Shown here one piece after another: positions 54,512 through 64,000 of a stretch of 64,000 bases of DNA. Within the stretch, counting starts at the first letter, position 1, and every line of letters begins with the position of its first letter. The notes below the pieces were generated by a model. That model made no database searches and was not told the DNA's origin. It was given only the letters and a program-made list of their open reading frames with translations. Source of the stretch: an uncultured Gemmatimonadaceae bacterium (lineage in GTDB: Bacteria; Gemmatimonadota; Gemmatimonadetes; Gemmatimonadales; Gemmatimonadaceae); assembly GCA_963761305.1 (NCBI GenBank), contig CAVXGK010000002.1, positions 416,001 through 480,000 on the forward strand, in the 5' to 3' direction. A program made the translations under genes and the position numbers.

Positions 54512-56602
54512 TCAACGTAGTGGGACGGGGCTCGCGCGCGGAGACCCGAAATTCCGCGCCCACGTCGAGACCTCGGCCGGAATGTTCAATTCGCTCACCT
54601 GCAGCGAGTCCACCACGAGTTGCGCCGATCCGACCAATGCGAGCGTCGAGAATCGCAATCCTACTCGCGACGAGCCACGAACCATGACCGGAAACGTGCG
54701 CTCGGTCTCATACGGGGCCAGGGAGACGGCATTTCGATTCGTGGCGCCGGAGATCTCGACCACGTAGCGCGGCAACGCGCCCACGACCGGCACGTGCCGC
54801 AACGGGTTCACGACGTGGTACCGCATGCGGACCTCGAGCAACGTCAGCGTATCGGGTGCCGCGACGACGTTCAACTCGGCCGACCGCTGATCGGGCCGAA
54901 CAGGACCCTGGGCGACGACACGCCCGCCGAGCGATTGGGTCGCGCGCCGTTCCCAGAAGTAGGACCAATCGGTCTGGCCGACGATCTGATAGTCGCGCAA
55001 CACCGTCCGGTAGAACGGCCAGTAGGTCGATTCGAGCCATTCCTCGTAGACGGCGTACGATGGCTTGAGCGTCTGCACGATGTCGGCGTGCGACTTCGCG
55101 AACGCGTCCTGATACGCGCGTCGATTCGCGGGGCCAAGCGCATGAATGATGTAGTCGAATGACGGATGAAACATCCCGTCGTTCGCTTCGAGCATCGTCG
55201 AGTACGTCGACCAAACGAGCGGCGTCCGATGTTCCTTGGCCACGAAATCGTCGACGACGCGCTGACCGGTCGACACGGCGTCCTGCCACTGCTGTGACAT
55301 CGCCGGTCGTTCTCCGCCGAGGACGTGCGACGCGATGACGTGCACCGGCGCGATGGCGGCCACTCGCAGCGCGTCGAACCGCATGTACATCGTGGCCATC
55401 AGAATCGCCAGCGCACCCGCAGCGGCGCGCCATCGACGCCAAACCTCGTTCGATGCCCGAAGAAGGGGCAGGCGGTCCGCCTCTCGCCACACCGCCAGCA
55501 GGATCAGGATGACGTCCACTCGAACGGCCGGCTCGAGGTAAACGGTCACCAGGACCCCGAAGATCGAGACCATCGAGAGCGTCGCGTAAACGCCGAGCAC
55601 CGCTTCGGCGAGACGCTGCCTGTCATCTTCACCGGCCGGTGAACGCCAGAGCCTCACGAGAGCGCCGATCGCGACGAGCAGCGTGCCGACGATCCAGGGG
55701 CGCATGAAGGACAGCTCGCCGAGTTGTCCAAATCTCGACCAGAAGCGGTTCGGTGGGCCGCCGAAGAACCAAAACTGGTCCATCGGGACGATGCGGAAAT
55801 TGTATGTCGTGGCTCCGCGCAGGCCCGACAATCCTCCGAGGATGAGCACGACGATCGCGTACGTCGCGACGCCGACCGCCACGGTGACCGCCGTCTCTTG
55901 AATGCGGGCGCGCCACGCTCCTCGGCGAATCGCCAGCAGCGCCTCCGAGGCGACCAACGCCGCCATGACGGCGAGTCCCTGCTCGGTTCCGAGAAGGAGC
56001 GCCCCGCCGAGTACGATGCCCGCCACGATCGATCGTCGAATCGGCGAAATCGAGAGCGTGAGCGCAGCGGCGAACCACAATGGCATCGTCGATCGAACCC
56101 CGAGCAGGCTGTTGATCGGAAAACAGATGGCGTCGAGCCGCAGGAGAATGGTCGCGACGGCCGCCGCGACCGAGAGCTGGACGGTCGTCAATCCCTTTCG
56201 CGTCCAGGCAAAAAAAACCACGAGAAAGGTGAGCGCAAAGAGGACCACGGAAACGACCTGTCGCGCGAGCTCGGACGCGAAGAAACCGCCGCCGAAGAGC
56301 CGGAACGGGAGAAAATGCAGGTAGGGGACGCCGGCGCCGTGGAAGAACTGAAAGTCCACGCCGATGCGTTGGCCGGCGGCGATGCGCCGAAGGGCGTTGT
56401 ACAACTGGAACGGCCCGTCGATCGGCGGACCGTTGAAGTGAACCGCCGTCTCGATGCCCAGCGAAAGAAACGCGACGAACAGCAGGCCGTACCAAGCGCT
56501 CCACAGCACGAGCCGCCGACGTCCGTCAGAGCCCCGGGCCTGCCGAGGCGCGGCGAGTGACGTCGGCGCACTTGTCGTCGAGTGTGCGGTGGCGGTCGTC
56601 AT
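54512..56602 (-). CDS. Large polytopic membrane protein of unknown function, possibly GT-C-fold glycosyltransferase-like
   Basis: About 10 hydrophobic segments plus a soluble C-terminal domain; first loop DGPFQLY...VDFQFFHG; ATG 56602 preceded by GGA. Confidence 0.65.
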   Translation of the reverse strand: MTTATAHSTTSAPTSLAAPRQARGSDGRRRLVLWSAWYGLLFVAFLSLGIETAVHFNGPPIDGPFQLYNALRRIAAGQRIGVDFQFFHGAGVPYLHFLPFRLFGGGFFASELARQVVSVVLFALTFLVVFFAWTRKGLTTVQLSVAAAVATILLRLDAICFPINSLLGVRSTMPLWFAAALTLSISPIRRSIVAGIVLGGALLLGTEQGLAVMAALVASEALLAIRRGAWRARIQETAVTVAVGVATYAIVVLILGGLSGLRGATTYNFRIVPMDQFWFFGGPPNRFWSRFGQLGELSFMRPWIVGTLLVAIGALVRLWRSPAGEDDRQRLAEAVLGVYATLSMVSIFGVLVTVYLEPAVRVDVILILLAVWREADRLPLLRASNEVWRRWRAAAGALAILMATMYMRFDALRVAAIAPVHVIASHVLGGERPAMSQQWQDAVSTGQRVVDDFVAKEHRTPLVWSTYSTMLEANDGMFHPSFDYIIHALGPANRRAYQDAFAKSHADIVQTLKPSYAVYEEWLESTYWPFYRTVLRDYQIVGQTDWSYFWERRATQSLGGRVVAQGPVRPDQRSAELNVVAAPDTLTLLEVRMRYHVVNPLRHVPVVGALPRYVVEISGATNRNAVSLAPYETERTFPVMVRGSSRVGLRFSTLALVGSAQLVVDSLQVSELNIPAEVSTWARNFGSPRASPVPLR

Positions 56603-56915
56603 CGATTCCAGTGCGGGGGGTGGCGGGAACTGCAAACCCACGACGCGCGTACCGGCGTACCGAACAAACGAGACGACCGCGCTAAGTCGCGGTCGCCACC
56701 ATGAATGTATCAAAGCGCAAGCTGCTCGGAACTCGCCCGGTCGAACCTCCCACTCAGAACCGTTCCCCTGCTGTAAGAACGCGACGAGATCGAACCGACT
56801 GCCGGCGACATCGCATTTACGCGCCGTCCCGTGGAATGCCAGCCTCACGCGCCCGCACCACCGATCGTTCCCACGCCATCAACGAGGGCTCCGCTCGCAT
56901 TCCGCGCTGCTCTCC

Positions 56916-57125
56916 TCGAACCTCACGCCGTTCCCCTCGAATCTCCGGCCGTTTCCCTCGAACCTCACGTCGTTCCCCTCGAACTTCACGCCGTTCCCCT
57001 CAGACCTCGCGCCGTTCCCCTCGAACTTCACGCCGTTCCCCTCAGACCTCGCGCCGTTCCCCTCAGACCTCACGCCGTTCCGATCAGACCTCACGCCGTT
57101 CCCCCCAGACCTCACGCCGTTCCTG
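56916..57125. repeat. Tandem repeat, 10 x 21 bp (consensus TCRRACCTCACGCCGTTCCCC), core of a larger degenerate array
   Basis: Units start at 56916, 56937, 56958, 56979, 57000, 57021, 57042, 57063, 57084 and 57105. Confidence 0.95.
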
Positions 57126-57709
57126 CGACACCAAAACAGGTCGCCGCGATTCCAACCCGAGGCCCCGTCGAATTCCATGACGCGAACATGCCTCTTCAGC
57201 GCGTCTCCCTCGCACCAATAAACTTTTCCACGCCACTTCAACCTGCTTCGCTCGCTTCACAGCCCGTTACGCCCGCTCCAACAAAGCTGAACGTCGCATC
57301 AACAAGTCCGACGCTCACAACTCGCAGCGCGAACGAGACATCTCAGTCCTCGCACGTCACTCCCACAAGATTGTGCACCGCGTCAAAACCGTTTTCCACA
57401 GCATCAACTCCCTTCACTCGTTCATTTCATTCGCCGGCGATTGTTCGAGGCCCGTGCACGATCACATCTAAGACACGGATCGCCGTATTCGGGCGTGCGT
57501 CGACGGCCAACGATCTCTCGTCGGCGACATCAACGGGTCCGAACCAAGGATCCACATGTTCGGAACCCACACCGAGCCGGACGCCGTCGAGACCGCGCCC
57601 GGTGCCGCTGACGGCAATCGGCTTGGCGCTGTGACCGAAGACGGCGAGGTCCGCGCTGACCAAGTCGGACACCGAACAAACCCCGAGAGCGGCGTTATAT
57701 TTCAAACCC

Positions 57710-59761
57710 ATGCCGACTCCCACGGGGACCGCGCAGTTCGACCTTCAGGCTCCTTTCCAGCCGGCCGGCGACCAGCCCAAGGCGATCGCCGAGCTCGCGT
57801 CCGGCCTCGACCGGGGCGACCGCTTTCAGACCCTCCTCGGCGTCACCGGCTCGGGCAAGACGATGACGGTCGCCAACGTGATCAAGCATCACGGGCGACC
57901 GGCGTTGGTGCTCTCGCACAACAAGACGCTCGCCGCGCAGTTGTACGGAGAGCTCAAGAGCTTCTTCCCGCACAACGCCGTCGAGTACTTCATCTCGTAC
58001 TACGACTACTACCAGCCCGAAGCCTACGTCCCGTCGAGCGACACGTACATCGAAAAGGATGCGTCGATCAACGAGGACATCGACCGGCTGCGCCTCCGCG
58101 CGACGTCCAGCCTCATGGAACGCGACGATGTGATCATCGTCGCCACCGTGTCGGCGATCTATGGACTCGGCGATCCGGTTGCCTACCGCGAGCAGATGGT
58201 CACGCTCCTTCGCGGCCAGCGCATCGCGCGCGACGACATCCTCCGGTCGCTCGTCCGCATTCAGTACAGCCGCAACGACGTGTCGTTCGAGCGCGGAACG
58301 TTCCGCGTCCGCGGCGATACGGTCGAGATCTTCCCGGCCTACGAGGAGCAGGGCGTTCGCGTCGAGATGTGGGGCGACGAGATCGAGCGCATCTCCAAGA
58401 TCAACGTGCTCACCGGCGAAACGATCGCGTCGCTCGAGCGCGCGGCGATCTATCCGGCGAAGCACTTCGTCACCCAGCGGCCGACCCTCGAGCGCGCGGT
58501 CAAGGTGATTCGCGCCGAGCTGGGCGACCGTCTCACCGACCTCCGCGCCGCGGGCAAGCTGCTCGAGGCGCAGCGGCTCGAGTCGCGCACCAACTTCGAC
58601 ATCGAGATGATGCTGGAGATCGGCACGTGCGCCGGCATCGAGAACTATTCCCGCCATCTGGCCGCGCGCGCCGAAGGCGAGCGCCCGGCGGTGCTGTTCG
58701 ACTACTTCCCGGATGATTTCCTGGTCGTCGTCGACGAATCGCACGTCACGCTGCCGCAGATCGGCGGAATGTTCAACGGCGACCGCGCGCGCAAGCTCAC
58801 GCTGGTCGAATATGGATTCCGTCTCCCGAGCGCGCTCGACAACCGCCCGCTCATGTTCGATGAATTCCTGTCGCTCACGCCGCGGGCGATTTTTGTTTCG
58901 GCGACACCTGCCGATTTGGAGCTTCGTCTCTCCGAGGGCGTCGTCGTCGAGCAGATCATCCGGCCCACCGGGCTCGTCGATCCGGAAATCGAGGTGCGGC
59001 CGGTGCGCGGCCAGGTGGACGACTTGCTCAACGAGATTCGCCTGCGCGAGCGGCGTGGCGAACGCGTCCTCGTCACGACGCTCACCAAGCGCATGGCGGA
59101 AGACCTCAGCGACTACCTCCAGCAGGTCGGCGTGCGGGTGCGCTACATGCACTCCGACATCGACGCCATCGAGCGCATGGAAATCCTCCGCGGCCTTCGG
59201 CTCGGCGAGTTCGACGTGCTGGTCGGGATCAACCTGCTGCGTGAAGGCCTCGATCTTCCCGAGGTGTCGCTCGTGGCGATCCTCGACGCGGACCAGGAAG
59301 GGTTTCTGCGCAGCGACCGATCGCTGATTCAGACCGTGGGTCGCGCGGCGCGACACGTGCACGGAAGGGCGATCTTCTATGCGGACCGCATGACGGGATC
59401 GATGCAACGGTGCATCGAGGAGACGACCCGCCGGCGAGAGCTGCAGACTCGGTTCAACCTCGAGCACGACATCACGCCGACGACGATCGCGAAGAGCGTG
59501 GACCAGGTCCGCTTCATCACGCGCGTCGCCGATGCGCGCGCCGAAAAGCCGGAGAAGCGCGTCGCCGAGCCGGCGCGCGGGTATTCCGTGATGGAGGTCG
59601 AGTCGCTCGAGAAGATGCTCGAGGAACAGATGCAGGAGGCCGCGTCGGCGATGGACTTCGAGCTCGCCGCGCAGTTGCGCGACCAGCTATTCGAGGTGCG
59701 CGCGCGGCGCGACGCGAACGCCAAACGACCGGTTGCCGGCGCGGGCCGCTGGGGGCGATGA
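57710..59761 (+). CDS. uvrB: Excinuclease ABC subunit B
   Basis: [31 protein letters not shown] and C-terminal UVR domain. Confidence 0.98.
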   Translation: MPTPTGTAQFDLQAPFQPAGDQPKAIAELASGLDRGDRFQTLLGVTGSGKTMTVANVIKHHGRPALVLSHNKTLAAQLYGELKSFFPHNAVEYFISYYDYYQPEAYVPSSDTYIEKDASINEDIDRLRLRATSSLMERDDVIIVATVSAIYGLGDPVAYREQMVTLLRGQRIARDDILRSLVRIQYSRNDVSFERGTFRVRGDTVEIFPAYEEQGVRVEMWGDEIERISKINVLTGETIASLERAAIYPAKHFVTQRPTLERAVKVIRAELGDRLTDLRAAGKLLEAQRLESRTNFDIEMMLEIGTCAGIENYSRHLAARAEGERPAVLFDYFPDDFLVVVDESHVTLPQIGGMFNGDRARKLTLVEYGFRLPSALDNRPLMFDEFLSLTPRAIFVSATPADLELRLSEGVVVEQIIRPTGLVDPEIEVRPVRGQVDDLLNEIRLRERRGERVLVTTLTKRMAEDLSDYLQQVGVRVRYMHSDIDAIERMEILRGLRLGEFDVLVGINLLREGLDLPEVSLVAILDADQEGFLRSDRSLIQTVGRAARHVHGRAIFYADRMTGSMQRCIEETTRRRELQTRFNLEHDITPTTIAKSVDQVRFITRVADARAEKPEKRVAEPARGYSVMEVESLEKMLEEQMQEAASAMDFELAAQLRDQLFEVRARRDANAKRPVAGAGRWGR

Positions 59762-60229
59762 ATGTCAGACTCTCCGTCAGGCGTCATCCCGCCGCTCGCG
59801 GGCCACGGTCATCTCGCGCTCGACGAAGCGGAGCTCACGGCCTGGGGTGAGCGGTTCGGCCGCGCCGCGTCACCGCCGCTCGTCGTCGGGCTGACGGGCG
59901 AGCTGGGAGCGGGGAAGACGACGCTCGTCCGCGCGATCTGTCGCGGATTTGGCGTCACCGACGACGTCACCAGCCCAACCTTCACCGTCGTTCACCGCTA
60001 CTCCGCACCCCGCGCTCGCGTGTATCACGTCGACCTCTATCGTTTGCGAGGCCCGCAGGATCTCACGAACATCGGCTGGGACGACATGTTGGCCGAAGAC
60101 GCACTGGTGCTGATCGAATGGCCGGAGCGAGCCGGCGACCGGCTTCCGACGTCGCACGTGTCGATCGGCCTCCAACATTTGCCCGACGAGCCGACCAAGC
60201 GGCTGCTCTACGCGGGCGGTCACGCGTGA
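59762..60229 (+). CDS. tsaE: tRNA t6A biosynthesis ATPase
   Basis: GELGAGKTT, VTSPTF, HVDLYRL and IEWPE. Confidence 0.95.
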   Translation: MSDSPSGVIPPLAGHGHLALDEAELTAWGERFGRAASPPLVVGLTGELGAGKTTLVRAICRGFGVTDDVTSPTFTVVHRYSAPRARVYHVDLYRLRGPQDLTNIGWDDMLAEDALVLIEWPERAGDRLPTSHVSIGLQHLPDEPTKRLLYAGGHA

Positions 60230-60891
60230 TCACGCTCGCCATCGACGCATCGACGTACGAAGGCGACGTCGCGCTGCTCGACGAGGGCCGCGTGCTCGCC
60301 GAGCAGGCCGCGGCCATGAAAGGGCGCGAGAGTGAACAGCTCATGCCGGCCGTCGCCGAAGTGCTCAGGCAAGCGGGCGCCAATTTGGGCGTCGTCGAGC
60401 GGGTGGTGTGCGGTGCGGGGCCGGGAAGCTTCACCAGTCTCCGCATCGCCGGCGGCATCGCCAAAGGGATCGCCAGCGGGCTGTGTCTTCCGTTGTTCGC
60501 GGCGCCGTCGCTCGCCCTGATTGTCGCCGGTGCTGAGCCGCGCGCCGGTCGCTACCTCGGCGCGCTCGACGCGCTGCGCGGAGAGTTTTACGTCGCGCTC
60601 TACGACGTCGACGATCAAGGGAACGTCGGAGAGCTCGAGCCGGCTCGCATCGTCCCGGCGGCGGATGTCGGCGCGGTCGCCCTCGAGTATCGCGCGCGCG
60701 TCGTGAGCCCGACGGAGTTCGACGGCGGCGTGAGTTCGCGCCCGCGAGCGAACGGCGTCGCGCGCATCGAAGGTCTGCTCGCGGCGCGCGGGCCGGTCGA
60801 CGTCCGGAGCTGGGAGCCGGCGTACGGGCGCTTGGCCGAAGCGCAGGTGCGATGGGAATCGGCGCACGGGCGGCCCCTGCCGCGCGGATGA
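60226..60891 (+). CDS. tsaB: tRNA t6A biosynthesis protein
   Basis: LAIDAST, GPGSFTSLRI and LDALRGEFY. Confidence 0.92.
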   Translation: MITLAIDASTYEGDVALLDEGRVLAEQAAAMKGRESEQLMPAVAEVLRQAGANLGVVERVVCGAGPGSFTSLRIAGGIAKGIASGLCLPLFAAPSLALIVAGAEPRAGRYLGALDALRGEFYVALYDVDDQGNVGELEPARIVPAADVGAVALEYRARVVSPTEFDGGVSSRPRANGVARIEGLLAARGPVDVRSWEPAYGRLAEAQVRWESAHGRPLPRG

Positions 60892-61346
60892 GGGTTTCGA
60901 TCGAAGCGGCGAGGCTCGCCGACGTGCCGGCGATCATGGCGATCGAGCGGGCCGTGTTCAGCGATCCGTGGTCGGCGCGATCGTTTCGCGACGCGATGTC
61001 GAACCCGTTGGCGTTCTGCGCGTGCGCGCGTCGTGACGGACGCGCGGTGGAGGGTTATGTTGTCGCGTGGTTCGTCGCCGACGAAGGAGAGATTGCGAAT
61101 CTCGCCGTCGCCCCCGACGCGTGGGGCACGGGAATCGGGCGCGCGCTGCTCGACGCATCCATCAAGGAAGCGGCGGCGCGCAAGCTGAGAGCCGTGTATC
61201 TCGAGGTGCGTGACTCCAACGCGCGCGCGCGGCATCTCTACGGCTCGCGCGGTTTCGTGGAGGTTGGACGGAGGCGGTCGTACTACCGGCGGCCAGTGGA
61301 GGATGCCATCGTGCTGCGCCGGTCGATGGAGGGCGATGGCACGTAA
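60888..61346 (+). CDS. rimI: Ribosomal-protein-alanine N-acetyltransferase
   Basis: EIANLAVAP, GIGRALL, LEVRDSN and RRSYY...EDA. Confidence 0.9.
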   Translation: MRVSIEAARLADVPAIMAIERAVFSDPWSARSFRDAMSNPLAFCACARRDGRAVEGYVVAWFVADEGEIANLAVAPDAWGTGIGRALLDASIKEAAARKLRAVYLEVRDSNARARHLYGSRGFVEVGRRRSYYRRPVEDAIVLRRSMEGDGT

Positions 61347-61468
61347 GCCAGGACGTGAGGTCGGCAATACAACACGTTGATGTGCGATAATTTGGTTGCG
61401 CATCAACACGGACTGGATCATACCGTGAGCGGCGAGAGCCGGACACACATTCTCGCCAGGAGGAAGCC

Positions 61469-61969
61469 GTGAGCAGGAGCCTGAACAAAGTCACCCTGAT
61501 TGGAAACCTCGGGAACGATCCCGAGGTGCGTTCGACGACCGGCGGCAGCCGCGTCGCGACCTTTTCGCTCGCCACCAGCCGTCAGTGGAACGACGCCGCC
61601 GGAGCGAAACAAGAGAAGACCGAGTGGCACCGCTGCGTCGTGTGGAGCACCAAGACGTCGAACCTCGCCGACATCGTCGAGCGGTACGTGAAGAAGGGCG
61701 ACAAGCTCTACGTCGAGGGGCGCATCGAGTACCGCCAGTGGCAGGACAAGGAAGGCCAGACGCGCTACAGCACCGAGATCAACGTGCGGGAGCTGATCAT
61801 GCTCAGCTCGCGCAACGGCGCCGGCGGCGGCGCTGATTTCGAGGGCGATTCGAGCGCCCGCCGAGCGCCAGCCGCGTCCAAGTCGAAAGCACCCGCGGGC
61901 GGTGGCGGCGACGACTTCGAGGACTTCCCGAACGCCCTGAACGACGCAGACGACGATCTGCCGTTCTAG
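61469..61969 (+). CDS. ssb: Single-stranded DNA-binding protein
   Basis: LNKVTLIGNLGNDPEVR, TEWHR and C-terminal DDDLPF. Confidence 0.97.
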   Translation: MSRSLNKVTLIGNLGNDPEVRSTTGGSRVATFSLATSRQWNDAAGAKQEKTEWHRCVVWSTKTSNLADIVERYVKKGDKLYVEGRIEYRQWQDKEGQTRYSTEINVRELIMLSSRNGAGGGADFEGDSSARRAPAASKSKAPAGGGGDDFEDFPNALNDADDDLPF

Positions 61970-61986
61970 CCAGGCGGACAGGTGAG

Positions 61987-62022
61987 CCGGTGGACAGGTG
62001 GCCTCGGCCACCTGTCCACTGG
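61987..62022. repeat. 16-bp-stem inverted repeat after ssb (REP/terminator-like)
   Basis: CCGGTGGACAGGTGGC-CTCG-GCCACCTGTCCACTGG with one G-U pair; no U-tract. Confidence 0.75.
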
Positions 62023-62123
62023 TGGACACCATTACCCACGCCCAACCGAATCGTCAAACCGCAGAGGCTGGCGTCCTTCGCCGTCTCGAGAGTTGTCTTT
62101 CACGATTCGCCTGGAGTCACGCC

Positions 62124-63311
62124 ATGCTCGTGCGGCCCACCAGTCGGCAGCGCGGGACGTTCGTTCGTTCCGTTGCCGCGGCCTCGATCGCGATTGCCGC
62201 GACGCTTCCGCAAGTCCTGAACGCGCAGCAGGCGCAGCAGCCTGCGCCGGCGTCCGACACGTCGAAGACGCACACCGTCAAGCGTGGCGACACGCTCTGG
62301 GATCTCGCGAAGTCATACCTCGGCGACTCGTTCCTGTGGCCCGAGGTCTATCGCCTGAACACCGGCGTGATCGAGGATCCGCATTGGATCTATCCCGGCG
62401 AATTGCTCAAATTGCCCGGCGATCACGCGAAGGTCGTCGCTGTGGCGGAGCCGGTGTCGGACGTTCCGGCCGCCGCCGCGCCTGCGACGTCACAACCGGA
62501 AATGAACGCCGCGGCTGCGCCGCCCGAGCCCGCGCCGAGCGTACTCATTCCGCCCGCGCTCGCGCCGGTCGTCGTGCACGACACGGCGACGCCGATGTTG
62601 AAGGCTCGCGTGAGTGCGGTTCGCGCCGGTGAGTACATCGCCGCGCCGTGGGTGGATCGAGACGGCGGCCCGAAGGGGCCCGGCCAGTTGATCGAGAGCG
62701 CCGACCTTTCGGGCATCGCCGTGAACGAGAGATCGCGCTTCCAGTTGCACGACGCGGTCTTCCTCGCGCCGCCCGCGGGCGTCGCGCCGATGGAGCACGC
62801 GCTGTACATGAGCTATCGCCTCGGTCCGCTGATCGAGGACTTCGGCCAGATCGTGATTCCGACCGGCATCATCGAGGTCACCCAGGCCGGTAGCGTGGGC
62901 GAGGCGTCCGTCGGCCACGTCGTGCAGATGTTCAACGAAGTGAAGCACGGACAGAAGCTCATCCCGCTCGACAGCGGTACGGCGAACGTCCTCGGCCACC
63001 CGAGCGCCGTGTCGAACGGCCACATGGGCCATGTCCGCTGGGTGCTCGATGAGCCGGTGTTGCCGAGCCTACAGAGCTACGTCGTCCTCGACATCTCCGC
63101 TCGCGACGGCATCGTGACGGGCGACCAGATCGAGATCTACAAGGGGCGCCAGCGGCCGAACGAGAGCCACGATCTGACGCTGCCCGAGATTTCGATCGCG
63201 CACGCGCAGATCCTCCGTGTCACGCCGTTCGGCGCGACGGCGATCGTGCTGGACCAGGGACAACCGCTCGTCGAAGGGGCCAAGGCGCGCGTCGCCGCCA
63301 AGATGCCGTAA
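62124..63311 (+). CDS. Secreted LysM peptidoglycan-binding domain protein
   Basis: Signal-like N-terminus; HTVKRGDTLWDLA...WPEVYRLN...IEDPHWIYPGELLKLP. Confidence 0.88.
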   Translation: MLVRPTSRQRGTFVRSVAAASIAIAATLPQVLNAQQAQQPAPASDTSKTHTVKRGDTLWDLAKSYLGDSFLWPEVYRLNTGVIEDPHWIYPGELLKLPGDHAKVVAVAEPVSDVPAAAAPATSQPEMNAAAAPPEPAPSVLIPPALAPVVVHDTATPMLKARVSAVRAGEYIAAPWVDRDGGPKGPGQLIESADLSGIAVNERSRFQLHDAVFLAPPAGVAPMEHALYMSYRLGPLIEDFGQIVIPTGIIEVTQAGSVGEASVGHVVQMFNEVKHGQKLIPLDSGTANVLGHPSAVSNGHMGHVRWVLDEPVLPSLQSYVVLDISARDGIVTGDQIEIYKGRQRPNESHDLTLPEISIAHAQILRVTPFGATAIVLDQGQPLVEGAKARVAAKMP

Positions 63312-63405
63312 GCCGCGAGCAGTCCAGCGCGAGGGCCCAGAGTGTGCGCTAAGTCGCACTAAGATGCCCTAGGCTCTCGCGTTGCACTACATTTGGGCGA
63401 CCGCA

Positions 63406-64000
63406 ATGATCGCGATCGCCCATTTCGTCGCCATCTCGTGTTACCTCGGCGCCGCGGCGCTTGCCGCGGTGCCGTTCGCGCGTCCGGTGAAGGCATCGGT
63501 CGGCGGGGTCACGGCAATTCTGGCCGTCGGCGTCGCCGCTCACATCGCCGGCTTGCTCGCGTTCGGGTTCCAGTCCCGCGCCGTACCGCTCGCCGGGCTT
63601 GGTCCCGCGCTGTCGTTCGCGGGCGTTGTGCTGGCCTTCACGCTGCTCCTCGTCGAGCTGTTGGCGCGCGACGTGAGCCTGACGCTCGTTGCCGCGCCGC
63701 TCGCCGCGGTGCCGACCATTTGCGCGAACGTCATCGGCCTCACACCCGGGCGGGTCGTCGAAGAAGGCGGAGCGCGCAGCGTCTGGCTCTTCGCGCATAT
63801 CGCGTTGAGCTTCGCCGGAATCGCGGCGTTCGCGACCGCGGCCGCGGCCGGCGCCATGTATCTCATGCAACGGCGCGAGCTCAAATCGCGGCACTTCGGC
63901 ACGATCTTCCGGTTCTTTCCGCCGCTGGCGACGCTGGACCGCGTCAATCATTTCGCGGCCATCGCCGGGTGGCTCGGGCTCACGCTCGGCGTCGTTCTCG
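63406..64000 (+). CDS. Cytochrome c biogenesis CcsA/HemX-like membrane protein (3' end outside window); missing from ORF track
   Basis: ATG 63406, open to window end; WLFAHIALS...MYLMQRRELKS...FPPLATLDRVN pattern. Confidence 0.8.
   Translation, partial: MIAIAHFVAISCYLGAAALAAVPFARPVKASVGGVTAILAVGVAAHIAGLLAFGFQSRAVPLAGLGPALSFAGVVLAFTLLLVELLARDVSLTLVAAPLAAVPTICANVIGLTPGRVVEEGGARSVWLFAHIALSFAGIAAFATAAAAGAMYLMQRRELKSRHFGTIFRFFPPLATLDRVNHFAAIAGWLGLTLGVVL

Noticed and set aside
56916..57125. CRISPR array (units contain GTTCCCC, like type I-E repeats)
   Set aside because: Units are contiguous 21-mers with no unique spacers, and no cas genes are in the window
57427..57723. 98-aa minus-strand ORF upstream of uvrB as a real gene
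   Set aside because: It overlaps the uvrB start, has no recognisable motif, and lies in the degenerate tail of the 21-bp array

Overview
High-GC (roughly two-thirds G+C by eye) bacterial chromosome segment made mostly of housekeeping genes. Protein style and gene order suggest Gemmatimonadota (inference only). In order it holds: the 3' end of a membrane pyrophosphatase, amino-acid and dicarboxylate transporters, an IorA/IorB-type molybdoenzyme pair, an amino-sugar/peptidoglycan salvage cluster (two SSS transporters, BadF-type sugar kinase, NagB-PIG-L fusion, lipoprotein serine hydrolase, NamZ/DUF1343), ino1 with a CDP-alcohol phosphotransferase, a 2-oxoacid dehydrogenase E2, trxB, an aspA/fumC-family lyase, an Rrf2 regulator, tRNA-Leu(CAG), smpB, an amidase, pyrD-pyrF, the alpha ribosomal operon (rpmJ-rpsM-rpsK-rpsD-rpoA-rplQ) extended by rpmB, a nucleotide-sugar cluster with carB embedded, bamD-nadD-secA, radC-relA, an orphan polytopic membrane protein, uvrB-tsaE-tsaB-rimI, ssb, a LysM protein and a partial CcsA-like gene. 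Several essential genes carry apparent single-base insertions, most likely sequencing errors. No integrase, transposase, phage gene or cas gene was recognised. The most unusual non-coding structure is a 0.7-0.95 kb phased, heavily diversified 21-bp-period array upstream of uvrB with a 10-copy conserved core. Also notable are a duplicated 42-bp element and candidate structured leaders in the alpha operon, and two divergent lipoprotein hydrolase genes whose likely start codons share one ATGCAT palindrome.
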